From Myxococcota bacterium (lineage in GTDB: Bacteria; Myxococcota_A; Polyangia; Polyangiales; Sandaracinaceae), in NCBI GenBank assembly GCA_036149055.1, contig JAYZQJ010000088.1, forward strand, positions 14,680 to 78,679: a stretch of 64,000 nucleotides of DNA, written 5' to 3'. The number at the start of each line of letters is the position of its first letter. Within the stretch, counting starts at the first letter, position 1. Under the pieces are notes generated by a model. That model was not told the origin of the DNA. It saw only the letters and a list, made by a program, of their open reading frames with translations, and searched no databases. The translations under genes and the position numbers were made by a program. Positions 1 through 8,856 of the stretch are shown in pieces.

Positions 1-36
1 GTGAAGTGTAGAGGCGGGTGTGCTAGCTCGGCGCCC

Positions 37-792
37 ATGTCCACCACTCGCCCCGACGGCCGAAGCAGCGACGCGCCCCGCCCGATCACGGTCACCCACG
101 GCTTCCAGCGCTTCCCCGAGGGGAGCGTGCTCTACAAGTGCGGCGGCACCACGGTGCTCATCGCCGCGTCGGTGGAGGAGTCGGTCCCGCCGTGGATGCG
201 GAACAAGGGCCGCGGCTGGGTCACCGCGGAGTACGAGATGCACCCGCGCGCGAACCCCGACCGGCAGCGCCGCTCGCGGACCCGCAACAACCTCGACGGC
301 CGCTCGTCCGAGATCCAGCGCCTCATCGCTCGCTCGCTCCGGGCCTGCGTCCGGCTCGACCGGCTCGGCGAGCGCATGATCACCGTCGACTGCGACGTGA
401 TCGACGCCGACGGCGGCACGCGGACCGCGTCGATCACCGGCGGCTTCATCGCGCTGGCGATGGCCCTCGACGTGCTCCGGCACAAGGGCGCGATCAAGCC
501 CGGCATCCTCCGCGAGGAGGTGGCCGCGATCAGCGTCGGCATGGTCCAGAACAAGCACCTGGTGGACCTGAACTACGACGAGGACTCGGGCGCGCAGGTC
601 GACCTGAACGTCGTCGCGACCCAGAAGGGCGGCATCGTCGAGGTGCAGGGCACCGCCGAGGGCGCGCCGATCGCGAAGGCCGACTTCGACCGGCTGGTCG
701 AGCTCGGGCTCGGCGCGATGCCGATCCTGGTCGCGAAGCAGCAGGAGGCGCTCGCCAAGGCGGGCGTGGACCTCGCGAAGCTGATGGGCTGA
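37..792 (+). CDS. rph: Ribonuclease PH
   Basis: RPDGR N-terminus, GWVTAEY, EIQRLIARSLR, DCDVIDADGGTRTASITG, EVQGTAEG motifs; ATG at 37; TGATG overlap with rdgB. Confidence 0.96.
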   Translation: MSTTRPDGRSSDAPRPITVTHGFQRFPEGSVLYKCGGTTVLIAASVEESVPPWMRNKGRGWVTAEYEMHPRANPDRQRRSRTRNNLDGRSSEIQRLIARSLRACVRLDRLGERMITVDCDVIDADGGTRTASITGGFIALAMALDVLRHKGAIKPGILREEVAAISVGMVQNKHLVDLNYDEDSGAQVDLNVVATQKGGIVEVQGTAEGAPIAKADFDRLVELGLGAMPILVAKQQEALAKAGVDLAKLMG

Positions 793-1385
793 TGAAGGCG
801 CTCGTCGCGACCCGCAACGCGGGCAAGGTCCGCGAGCTCGCCCGCCTGCTCGACGGGGCCGGCTTCGAGCTCGTGGCGCTCGATCCCGAGGCGCCCGAGG
901 TCGTCGAGGACGGCGACACCTTCGAGGCCAACGCGCTCAAGAAGGCGCGCGAGATGGCCGCCTTCTCGGGGCTGCCGACCTTCGCCGACGACAGCGGGAT
1001 CGAGGCGGACGCGCTCGATCTGCGGCCGGGCATCCACTCGGCGCGCTACGGGGGCGTGCACGGCGACGACGAGGCGAACAACGAACTGCTCCTCCGCGAG
1101 CTCGAGGCGACGCCCGACGACCAGCGCACGGGCCGCTTCGTCTGCGCGCTCGCCTTCGTCGACCCGGCCCGCGGCTTCGAGCACGTGGTCCGCGGGACGA
1201 TCGAGGGCTCGATCCTGCGCGAGCGTCGCGGGGAAGGCGGCTTCGGCTACGACCCGCTCTTCCTCCCCCACGGTCACACCCGCACCACCGCCGAGATGAG
1301 CGCGGCGGAGAAGAACGCGATCAGCCACCGCGCCGACGCGGCCAAGAGGATGCTCACCGTCCTCCGGGAGCGTTATTTGACCTGA
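792..1385 (+). CDS. rdgB: Non-canonical purine NTP (dITP/XTP) pyrophosphatase, Ham1 family
   Basis: ATRNAGKVRE, TFEANALKKA, ADDSG, PGIHSARY, GFGYDPLF, KNAISHR motifs; conserved rph-rdgB pairing. Confidence 0.95.
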   Translation: MKALVATRNAGKVRELARLLDGAGFELVALDPEAPEVVEDGDTFEANALKKAREMAAFSGLPTFADDSGIEADALDLRPGIHSARYGGVHGDDEANNELLLRELEATPDDQRTGRFVCALAFVDPARGFEHVVRGTIEGSILRERRGEGGFGYDPLFLPHGHTRTTAEMSAAEKNAISHRADAAKRMLTVLRERYLT

Positions 1386-1414
1386 GCTGCCTCGTCTGCG
1401 AGATCGGCGGGCCG

Positions 1415-2167
1415 ATGAGCGAGCAGACGATGGAGACCGAGCTCTTCGAGCTCTTCTACTGGCCGAGCATCCAGGGCCGCGGGGAGCTCGTGCGCCTCGT
1501 GCTCGAGGACGCCGGCGTGCCGTACCTCGACGTCGCGCGTCTGCCCGAGGAAGAGGGCGGAGGCGCGCAGCGCGTGGTGGAGATGCGCAAGGGCGGCGCC
1601 GCCGGGCTCCTCCCGTTCGCGCCGCCGATCCTCAAGCTCGGCGACCAGGTGCTCGCCCAGACCTCGGTGATCTGCGACTTCCTCGGCCGGCGCGTCGGCC
1701 TCGCTCCCGAAGACGAGGCCGGGCAGGAGGCGGCGCGGCAGCTCCACCTGACGATCATGGACGTCGTCGCCGAGGCGCACGACACCCACCACCCGATCGG
1801 CACCGCGAAGTACTACGAGGATCAGAAGGACGAGGCGAAGAAGGCGGCCGACGCCTTCCTCCAGGACCGTCTGCCGCAGTGGCTCGGCTACTTCGACCTC
1901 GTCATCGAGCGCAACGAGGCGAGCGACTGGCTCGTCGGCGCGGACTGCACCTACGTCGATCTCGCGCTCTTCCAGCTCGTCGAGGGCCTGCGCTACGCGT
2001 TCCCCAACGCGATGAAGAAGGTCGAAGGCGCGGTGCCGCGGGTCGTCGCGGTGCGCGATCGCGTGGCCGAGCGACCCGGCGTGAAGGCCTACCTCGAGTC
2101 CGACCGGCGCATCCCGTTCAACGAAGACGGGATCTTCCGCCGCTACCCCGAGCTCGACCTGGCGTAG
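1415..2167 (+). CDS. Glutathione S-transferase family protein
   Basis: LFYWPSIQGRGELVRLVLE, FAPPIL..AQT, TYVDLALFQ and GIFRRYPELD motifs. Confidence 0.9.
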   Translation: MSEQTMETELFELFYWPSIQGRGELVRLVLEDAGVPYLDVARLPEEEGGGAQRVVEMRKGGAAGLLPFAPPILKLGDQVLAQTSVICDFLGRRVGLAPEDEAGQEAARQLHLTIMDVVAEAHDTHHPIGTAKYYEDQKDEAKKAADAFLQDRLPQWLGYFDLVIERNEASDWLVGADCTYVDLALFQLVEGLRYAFPNAMKKVEGAVPRVVAVRDRVAERPGVKAYLESDRRIPFNEDGIFRRYPELDLA

Positions 2168-2565
2168 GCGACGGCGACGGTGCGGCGCGCCCGCAACGCG
2201 CCGAAGCGACCGAACACCCGCGCGGCGCCCTTCACCGCGTAGCCGAGCGCCGCGAAGGCGACGCCGAACACGCCGGCCACCGCCGCGAAGGCGAGCGCGA
2301 GGGCCGCGGCCACCACGAGCAGCGCGGCGGCGAACACGCAGAGCGCCGCCACCCCGAGCGCGCAGGCGGCCACCACCGCCAGCACGAGCACGCCCACGAC
2401 CAGCGACCCCGCGGCGAAGACGAGCGAGGCGACCAGCCCGAAGGCCGCGGCGAGGCACGCGCCGAAGGCGGCGAGGCCCATCCAGCCGAGCTTGCGCGCC
2501 GCGGACAGGAGATGGTCCCTGGACGGGAGCTCGAGCGGCTCGTCGAGGCAGAGATCGGTGGTCAC
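2143..2565 (-). CDS. Ala/Leu/Val-rich membrane protein (hypothetical)
   Basis: GGGAGG RBS before GTG at 2565; long hydrophobic stretch; the longer ORF call extends into the tRNA. Confidence 0.55.
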   Translation of the reverse strand: MTTDLCLDEPLELPSRDHLLSAARKLGWMGLAAFGACLAAAFGLVASLVFAAGSLVVGVLVLAVVAACALGVAALCVFAAALLVVAAALALAFAAVAGVFGVAFAALGYAVKGAARVFGRFGALRARRTVAVAYARSSSG

Positions 2566-2658
2566 GGGCGGCCTCCCATGCTGCGAATACGAACCGCCGG
2601 TCGGGCGTATTTCACCCGGTAGCCGCTCACCGCGAATCGGGTTAACCTCCGTTCCGTT

Positions 2659-2732
2659 CGGGGTGTCGCACAGCCTGGTAGTGCACGAGCTTTGGGTGCT
2701 CGTTGTCGTGGGTTCAAATCCCGCCACCCCGA
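2659..2732 (+). tRNA. tRNA-Pro (TGG)
   Basis: Acceptor CGGGGTG/CACCCCG, D-arm GCAC..GTGC, anticodon arm CGAGC-TT-TGG-GT-GCTCG, GGTTCAAATCC T-arm; CCA not encoded. Confidence 0.96.
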
Positions 2733-2760
2733 CTCTCTCGCCCCGCCCCCGGCGGGACGA

Positions 2761-2834
2761 GCTCCCTTAGCTCAGCTGGATAGAGCGGCGGCCTTCTAAG
2801 CCGATGGTCGGAGGTTCGAGTCCTCCAGGGAGCG
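2761..2834 (+). tRNA. tRNA-Arg (TCT)
   Basis: Acceptor GCTCCCT/AGGGAGC, D-arm GCTC..GAGC, anticodon loop CT-TCT-AA, GGTTCGAGTCC T-arm; CCA not encoded. Confidence 0.95.
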
Positions 2835-3461
2835 CTACTCCTCGTCGCGCGCGCGCGAGGCCTCGCCCTCGACCGCGCCCTCGACCTCGCCCTCGACCTG
2901 GGCCACCCAGGTGGGGGCCCAGCGCTCGATGTCCTCGAGCAGGGGGCCGCCGACGCGGGGCGGGATGAGGCCGACCCGGACGAGGTAGGTCGCGAAGCCG
3001 CCGACGTCCTGGGCGAGGCGGTAGGCGCTCCACCCGGGGCGCAGGCCGAGCGCGAGGTAGCCGTCGAAGAAGATCTCGCGCGCGTCGAGCGCCTCCCAGG
3101 AGAACGGGGGGCGGTGCGGGGAGACGATGCCACGAGACCGGTCGCAGGGCATGGCGAGGAGGTGCTCGGCGCCGTGCTTCGAGCGCGCGAGGTCGTCGTC
3201 GAGCTCGAGGTGGATCAGCTCTCGCATCCACCGGAGCGCGTGCGGGCCGTGGCGGTCCCACCAGTCGCGCTCCTGACGGCAGAAGGTCTGCACCGGGCCG
3301 AGCTGCCGGAACGCGCCGCACGCGAGGCGCATCTCCGAGGTGTAGATCGGGCGGTTCGGCCACGGCCCGAGGCCGGCGCGTCTCAGCCGCGCGCGCTCGC
3401 GCTCCCAGTCGCAGCAGTAGCAGTCGCAGGCGTGGGCGCTCCGTCGCTCGGCGGTCATCAT
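2835..3461 (-). CDS. Hypothetical protein with N-terminal HxCxCxCC cluster
   Basis: Protein-like composition (W, Y, F rich); stop abuts tRNA-Arg 3' end; start uncertain (3473/3461/3458). Confidence 0.6.
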   Translation of the reverse strand: MMTAERRSAHACDCYCCDWERERARLRRAGLGPWPNRPIYTSEMRLACGAFRQLGPVQTFCRQERDWWDRHGPHALRWMRELIHLELDDDLARSKHGAEHLLAMPCDRSRGIVSPHRPPFSWEALDAREIFFDGYLALGLRPGWSAYRLAQDVGGFATYLVRVGLIPPRVGGPLLEDIERWAPTWVAQVEGEVEGAVEGEASRARDEE

Positions 3462-3503
3462 GGGCCGCCTCATCGCGCCGTCGCGCGAGCGGTTGCGTGC
3501 CTT

Positions 3504-4064
3504 CTACGACCGGCGTCGCGATCTCCAGGCCAGGAGGACCGCGGCCACGCCGAGCAGCGCGCCGGCCGCCGCGAGGAGCGCGGCGATCGCCCTCAGCTGC
3601 CCGGCGCGGCCCACCCAGGACGGCTGGGCGCCCGGCAGCGCCGCCATCAGACCGACGCCGATCGCGAGCCCGATCGCGCCGAGGACCGCCAGCCGGAGCG
3701 CGAGCCGCCGGTCCCCGCTCGCGATGGGATCGGGCCCGGGGCTCTCCTCCGCCGAGGAGCGGTACGGGCCCCGCGGCGCGCGGGAGGGCGGCGTCTCGTC
3801 GGGAGCGGCGCGCCGACGCAGCGCCCGCCCCGTCCGCGCCATCGCCATCACCCCGGCCGACACGACGAGCAGGCCGCCGAGCAGCGCGAGCAGCATCGCG
3901 GGGCAGGTGATCGCCTCGGCGATCCCCTGCGTGGTGCGCCGGTCGATCGGCAGCGCCGTGAGCACCCCGGTCGCCACCACCACGCTCGCGAACGCCACCC
4001 CGGCTGCGCCGAGGCCCCACGCGAGCACGCGCAGCTCGGGGATCTCTCGCAGCCGCGGCCTCAT
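3504..4064 (-). CDS. Hypothetical membrane protein (about 4 TM)
   Basis: ATG at 4064 overlaps upstream stop (ATGA); four hydrophobic segments. Confidence 0.65.
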   Translation of the reverse strand: MRPRLREIPELRVLAWGLGAAGVAFASVVVATGVLTALPIDRRTTQGIAEAITCPAMLLALLGGLLVVSAGVMAMARTGRALRRRAAPDETPPSRAPRGPYRSSAEESPGPDPIASGDRRLALRLAVLGAIGLAIGVGLMAALPGAQPSWVGRAGQLRAIAALLAAAGALLGVAAVLLAWRSRRRS

Positions 4065-4741
4065 CGCTGCAGGTCCTCGGGCTCGAGGACCCACTCGAGG
4101 ACCGGCGCGCGCCGCGCGAGCTCGGAGGGGACGCGGGCGAGGAAGATCCACGGGGCCTGGCTCCCCGACTGGAAGAGCGCGAGGCCGGAGGGGCTCACGT
4201 GGACGTCGAGGGGGCCCGGGCCGGCCGCGAGGAGGGGCTCGCCGAGGGGCGGCCCGAAGTTGGCCCGGAGCCAGTCGCGTGCGCCCTCTGCAGCTGGCCC
4301 GTTCGCCGCGCCACGATCCGCGGTCATGACGGCCTCGAAGATCGCGTGCTGGACCGCGAACGCAGAGAAGGAGCGCGCCACGAGCCCGGCCTGCTCCCCC
4401 GTCGCGTGGACGGCGGGGTCCGCGCCCTCGAGCTCGAACTCGAGCCGCCAGTTGTCCTGACACTCGTCGAGGAAGACGAGGCCTCGTTCGCCGAGCGTCC
4501 AGGCTCGAGGCGAGCGCGCGTGGCTCTGCCCGTGAGCGAACCCGAAGGTGTCGGCGAGGCGCGTCATCCAGCGCGTCACCGGCGGAGAGAGGCGGACGTC
4601 GAGGCGACGACGAGCTGCCTCCACTTCGGCCGGAGCCCAGCCGCGCGGCGCGAGCCCCAGGCTCTGGCGGGCGAACGTCTCGAGCGCCCCGAGGCGAGCC
4701 TCGGGGGTGGCGGCCGCTCGCAACGCTCGCTCCGGGGTCAC
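4061..4741 (-). CDS. SMI1/KNR4 (SUKH)-like protein
   Basis: GWAPAEVEAARRRLDVRLSPPV..W and LVFLDECQ..W....DPAV....VARSFSAF resemble the SUKH pattern; GTGA overlap with upstream gene. Confidence 0.55.
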   Translation of the reverse strand: MTPERALRAAATPEARLGALETFARQSLGLAPRGWAPAEVEAARRRLDVRLSPPVTRWMTRLADTFGFAHGQSHARSPRAWTLGERGLVFLDECQDNWRLEFELEGADPAVHATGEQAGLVARSFSAFAVQHAIFEAVMTADRGAANGPAAEGARDWLRANFGPPLGEPLLAAGPGPLDVHVSPSGLALFQSGSQAPWIFLARVPSELARRAPVLEWVLEPEDLQR

Positions 4742-4944
4742 TCGCAGCTCGACGGCTGACACTCGCAGCCGCAGCCTCGGTCGCGGTGGCAATGGCAGCG
4801 ACCGGTGCGACGGTCGTGGTGGCAGCCGCAGCGGTTGAGGCCGCCGCCGTGCGCGGAGGCCGAGCTCTGCAGGGTCATGCCGCCGGCCAGGGAGAGGGCG
4901 GCGGCGATCGACGCGGCGAGGAGCCAGACCACGGGGCGGGTCAT
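4738..4944 (-). CDS. Small secreted YHYH-like His/Cys-rich protein
   Basis: Signal peptide ending ASA, then HGGGLN.CGCH.DRRTG.CHCH typical of YHYH-type peptides. Confidence 0.75.
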   Translation of the reverse strand: MTRPVVWLLAASIAAALSLAGGMTLQSSASAHGGGLNRCGCHHDRRTGRCHCHRDRGCGCECQPSSCE

Positions 4945-5045
4945 GCCCGCAGGGTATCAGGACCGCGTGCGACTGTAGAGGTCCCGCGGGTGAGGTCGTG
5001 ATTGTCGCCGCAGAGCCCGGGGCCGCGCCTCCGGCGGTCGAATCG

Positions 5046-5876
5046 TCACGGGCGCGGCGCGGCCGGCGTGACGAGCCAGGTGGCGAGCTCGGTCGCCTCG
5101 CGGCGGGCGCCGGGCTCGAGGGCGGTGAGCCAGGCGTCGGGGAGGGTGGAGGCGCCGAAGCGGGCGCCGGCGACCGCGCCGCTGATCGCGCCCACCGAGT
5201 CGGTGTCGCCGCCGAGGAGGATGGCGCGGGTGATCGCGGAGGCCGCGCTCTTGGCGCCGGTCACGGCCCACGCGGCGGCGCGCACGGACTCGACGGCGAA
5301 GACCGACGGAGGGCCCGGGCGCTCGGGCGGCGCGTCTTCGAAGAGCGTCGGGTGGTCTCGGGCGGCCCGGAAGATGGCGAGGGCGACGACCGCGGCCGCC
5401 GCCTTCGCCTCCTCGTGCGCGTGGGTCGCCCCGGCGCTCTCCCGGGCGGCGGCGATGACGGCGTCTTCGGTGTCCTCGAAGAGGGCGACCGGCGCGACCC
5501 GGACCGCCGCGCCGTTGCCCCGAGACCCCTCCGCCCAGGTGACGCGCACGGCCTCCTCGCGCGACAATCCACGTTGCCAGGCGCGGAAGGCGGCGCGGGC
5601 GCCTTTGCCGTAGCCGCGCGCCGGCTCGTGTCGGCGGGCCATCGCGTCGAGGATCGCGTCGGCGTCGACCCGCCCCGTCCGGCGGATCGCGTCGCCCAGC
5701 GCGAGCGTCATCTCGCCGTCGTCCGAGTAGGACAGCGCCCGCGGCGCCTCGAGCCTGCGCTCGAGCTGTCGCTCCAGCGAGGGTCCGGGGCTCGCCCCCT
5801 CGAAGGGCCGCCCGATCGCGTCGCCGAGGAGCGTCCCGAGCAGCGCGCCGAGCGCGCGATCGAACCGGAGGCTCAT
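5046..5876 (-). CDS. ADP-ribosylglycohydrolase (DraG/ARH family)
   Basis: GDAIGRPFE, YSDD, GNGAAVR, ATH, GGDTDSVGAISGAVAGA motifs. Confidence 0.9.
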   Translation of the reverse strand: MSLRFDRALGALLGTLLGDAIGRPFEGASPGPSLERQLERRLEAPRALSYSDDGEMTLALGDAIRRTGRVDADAILDAMARRHEPARGYGKGARAAFRAWQRGLSREEAVRVTWAEGSRGNGAAVRVAPVALFEDTEDAVIAAARESAGATHAHEEAKAAAAVVALAIFRAARDHPTLFEDAPPERPGPPSVFAVESVRAAAWAVTGAKSAASAITRAILLGGDTDSVGAISGAVAGARFGASTLPDAWLTALEPGARREATELATWLVTPAAPRP

Positions 5877-5952
5877 ACCTCGCGAGCATACCCGCCTCCC
5901 GTTGTGTGGGCGCGGCGGAGGGGGTACCCCTGTAGCCGGGAGGGAGGACACG

Positions 5953-6618
5953 ATGAGCGATCTGATGAATCTCCTGGGGGGCGCGCTCTCCGGGCAGCTG
6001 GGCTCGATCTCGACGCAGGTGGGGGCGACGCCGGAGCAGACGCAGCGGGCGGTCGGCGCGGCGCTGCCGGCGCTCGTCGGCGCGCTGGCGCGCAACGCGG
6101 GCAGCCCCGGAGGCGCGCAGGCGCTCGCGGGCGCGCTCGACCGGGATCACGACGGAGCGCTTCTCGACGGGCTCGGCGGGCTGCTGTCGGGGGCGGGCCC
6201 GCAGACCGGCGTCGGGGGCCTGCTCGAGATGGCCGGCTCGATGCTCGGCGCCGCGCCCGGGCCGGGGAGCGCGCGCACGACCAACGGGGACGGCATCCTG
6301 AGCCACGTGCTCGGGGACAAGCGCGGCGCGGTCGAGCGCGGCATCGCCCAGGCGAGCGGGCTCGACGCGTCGAAGGCGGCGCACGTGCTCTCGCTGCTCG
6401 CGCCGCTGGTGATGGCGGCGCTCGGGAAGGCCAAGCGAGGGCAGGGGCTCGACGCCGGCGGCCTCGGCGAGCTCCTGGGGCGCGAGCGCGCGGGGCTCGA
6501 GCCGTCGGGGGCCGGCGATCTCCTCGGTGGGCTGCTCGACCGGGACGACGACGGCTCCATCGCCGACGACCTCGTGAAGGTGGCCGGGAAGAACCTCCTC
6601 GGCGGCCTCTTCGGGTAG
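5953..6618 (+). CDS. DUF937 domain protein
   Basis: GGAGG RBS; AALPALVGALARNA, ALDRDHDG, GDGILSHVLG, LDRDDDGSIADD pattern. Confidence 0.85.
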   Translation: MSDLMNLLGGALSGQLGSISTQVGATPEQTQRAVGAALPALVGALARNAGSPGGAQALAGALDRDHDGALLDGLGGLLSGAGPQTGVGGLLEMAGSMLGAAPGPGSARTTNGDGILSHVLGDKRGAVERGIAQASGLDASKAAHVLSLLAPLVMAALGKAKRGQGLDAGGLGELLGRERAGLEPSGAGDLLGGLLDRDDDGSIADDLVKVAGKNLLGGLFG

Positions 6619-6620
6619 CG

Positions 6621-7313
6621 ATGCCGGAGCTGACGCGCCCGGTCCGGCTGCACTGGACGCCCCTCGATCGCGAGCGGGCGCGCACGGTGCTCGCGTGCAC
6701 CGCGAGGGTGCTGGCGGACTCGAATCAGACCCTCGACATCATCACCGTCGAGGAGATCACCGCGCAGACGCAGCTCCGCCACCTGGTCGACCGCGGGGTC
6801 TTCGAGACCGAGGAGGGCCGGGCGCTGCTCGCCGATCGGCCGCACCTGGCGGACGTGCCGCTCGGGCCGCTGCGCGCGTACCCCGACGGGACGCTGGGGC
6901 GCGAGTGGGTCCGGTTCCTCGACGACCACGGCCTCGACCCGAAGCTGACCAAGCAGCCGACGCCGTACACCGACGACCCTCGGTGCGCCTACCTGATGCA
7001 CCGCATCCGGCAGAGCCACGATCTGTGGCACGTGCTGATCGGCGTCGGCACCCGCGGGCACGAGGAGGTGCTGGTGCACGCCTTCTCGCTCGCCCAGACC
7101 GGGCTGCCCGCGTCGGTGGCGATCGTGGCCCTGGGCGCGCTCAAGCACATGGTGCTGGAGGGCCGCTGGGAGGTGCTCCGGCGAGACGTGGCGCGCGCTC
7201 ACCGCGTGGGCGTCGAGGCGGCGCCGCTGCTCGCGGTGCGCTGGGAGGATCACCTCGGCCGGCCGCTCGACGAGGTGCGTGCCGCCTACGGGGTGACTCC
7301 GATCTACGCGTAG
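6621..7313 (+). CDS. Coq4-family protein
   Basis: LRAYPDGTLGREW..FL, YLMHRIRQSHDLWHVL.G....EE (HDxxH..E metal motif), WED.L..PL.EVR. Confidence 0.85.
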   Translation: MPELTRPVRLHWTPLDRERARTVLACTARVLADSNQTLDIITVEEITAQTQLRHLVDRGVFETEEGRALLADRPHLADVPLGPLRAYPDGTLGREWVRFLDDHGLDPKLTKQPTPYTDDPRCAYLMHRIRQSHDLWHVLIGVGTRGHEEVLVHAFSLAQTGLPASVAIVALGALKHMVLEGRWEVLRRDVARAHRVGVEAAPLLAVRWEDHLGRPLDEVRAAYGVTPIYA

Positions 7314-7316
7314 CGC

Positions 7317-8045
7317 TCACCCCGGGCGTCGCGAGGCGGCGATCTGGGTGCGGGCGTGGTCCAGGGACGCGCCGCGCAGGCCGGGGTCGAGCACCGAGGC
7401 GACGCGCACGCGGAGGTGCGGGACGTCGTGCTCGAGGATCCGGCGCAGCCACACGTCTTGCAGGTGCGGCGCCTCGACCAGCTCGCCGAGCCGGGCCCGG
7501 ACGTCCTCGCTGGCCTCGGCCCAGAGGGGCATCACCGGTCGGTGGAGCTCGTCGTGCATCAGCACGAGGAGGCCCGGCCCCTCGGGCGCGATCGGGACGT
7601 GATCGGCGTCGAGCACGAACGGGTCCGACCAGGAGACGCCGGCCGCGTCCTGGTGCGGGAAGGCGGCGGGGTGGGTCACGGGCAGCTCGAGGAGCGCGCG
7701 CACCACGTCGAGGCTGGAGACGACCCCGACCGCGCGCCCCGCTTCGTCCACCGCGATCAGGCGGTGCACGTCGTACTCCGCGATCTCGCGCCCCGCGTCC
7801 CGGATCTCGGCGCCTCGCTGGATCGTGATCGCGGGCCGGCTCATGCGGTCCCCGACCGTGGGTCCGCCGGTAGCGCTCACCAGATCGCGCAGGGAGACCA
7901 CGCCGAGCGGGCGCCGCTCCACGTCCACCACCGGCGCGGCGGTGACGCCGAGCGAGAGGATGCCGAGCATCGCGGTGCCCACCGTGTCCTGCGGGCGCAG
8001 GACGAACAGCTCCGGGTTCATGATCTCGTCGACGTACCGCGCCAT
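7317..8045 (-). CDS. CBS-domain pair protein with C-terminal extension
   Basis: VDEIMN..., APVVD....LGVVSLRDL, VGDRMSRP, HRLIAVD..GRAVGVVSSLDV. Confidence 0.85.
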   Translation of the reverse strand: MARYVDEIMNPELFVLRPQDTVGTAMLGILSLGVTAAPVVDVERRPLGVVSLRDLVSATGGPTVGDRMSRPAITIQRGAEIRDAGREIAEYDVHRLIAVDEAGRAVGVVSSLDVVRALLELPVTHPAAFPHQDAAGVSWSDPFVLDADHVPIAPEGPGLLVLMHDELHRPVMPLWAEASEDVRARLGELVEAPHLQDVWLRRILEHDVPHLRVRVASVLDPGLRGASLDHARTQIAASRRPG

Positions 8046-8113
8046 GAGCGGCAGGTGCGCACGCCCTCGCGGCGAGCAAGCGTCCGCCGTCGACGCAGAA
8101 CGTGCGCGAGCGT

Positions 8114-8755
8114 TCACCGCGTCGCGCCGCGGAGGATGGCGACGCGGGCGCGCAGGCGGCTGGCCTCGACCCGCTCCGGCGGCACGGGGGGATCCAGGGC
8201 GAGCTCGATCGGGAGCCGGAGGTGCCGCGGGAGCTTGGTCAGCGGCTCGCCTCCGTTGCGGCTGAGCGCGCTCCGCCACGCGCCGCGGATCGCGATCGGC
8301 ACGACCGGCACCGGCCGCCGCGCGACGATGCGCTCCACTCCGGGGCGAAACGGGCCGACCTCGCCGTCGGGGGTCATCGCGCCTTCGGGCCAGAGCAGCA
8401 CCTTCTCCCCGCGCGCCAGGGCCGCGTCGATCGCCTCCATCGCGCGCTCGAGCATGGCCGGATCCTCCTTGCGGGGCGCGATCGCGATCACGCGCGCCGA
8501 GCGGAAGAACCAGCGCAGCGGAGCGTAGCGCCAGTGATGGTGGTGCATGACGTAGCGAGGCACCTCGGGGAGCGCGGCGCCCACGAAGAGGAAGTCGATG
8601 AAGGATACGTGGTTGCTCACCAGCACGGCGGCGCCGGGCGGGAGGCGGTCGAAGCCCTCCGTCCGGAGCCGGTAGACGGCGCGTATCAGGGCGCGGCCGA
8701 GGCGGTGCAGGAGCCTCAGCCAGACGCGCTGGGCGAAGGTCGGCGGTCGGAGCAT
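8114..8755 (-). CDS. 1-acyl-sn-glycerol-3-phosphate acyltransferase (PlsC family)
   Basis: NHVSFID (HxxxxD), WPEG, FRPG, VPVVP motifs. Confidence 0.88.
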   Translation of the reverse strand: MLRPPTFAQRVWLRLLHRLGRALIRAVYRLRTEGFDRLPPGAAVLVSNHVSFIDFLFVGAALPEVPRYVMHHHHWRYAPLRWFFRSARVIAIAPRKEDPAMLERAMEAIDAALARGEKVLLWPEGAMTPDGEVGPFRPGVERIVARRPVPVVPIAIRGAWRSALSRNGGEPLTKLPRHLRLPIELALDPPVPPERVEASRLRARVAILRGATR

Positions 8756-8768
8756 GCCGCGGGCGAGT

Positions 8769-8784
8769 TGCACCCCTCGTGCCC
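8769..8784 (-). promoter_or_regulatory. Putative sigma54 (-24/-12) promoter of PlsC-like gene
   Basis: Minus strand GGGCACGAGGGGTGCA fits GG-N10-GC; -12 C lies 15 nt before the ATG. Confidence 0.5.
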
Positions 8785-8856
8785 ACGCCCGGCGTGTCGA
8801 CTCGCGCGGCCTCCTCGCGCCCCGGAGCGTGCAGCCCGCTTCGCAGGTCGTGCAGC

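Noticed and set aside
2659..2834. tRNAs lacking encoded CCA as an anomaly
   Set aside because: This is common in many bacteria; CCA is added post-transcriptionally.
2761..5900. Prophage or integrative element at tRNA-Arg
   Set aside because: No integrase, no phage genes, no duplicated tRNA 3' end noticed, and no obvious compositional shift.
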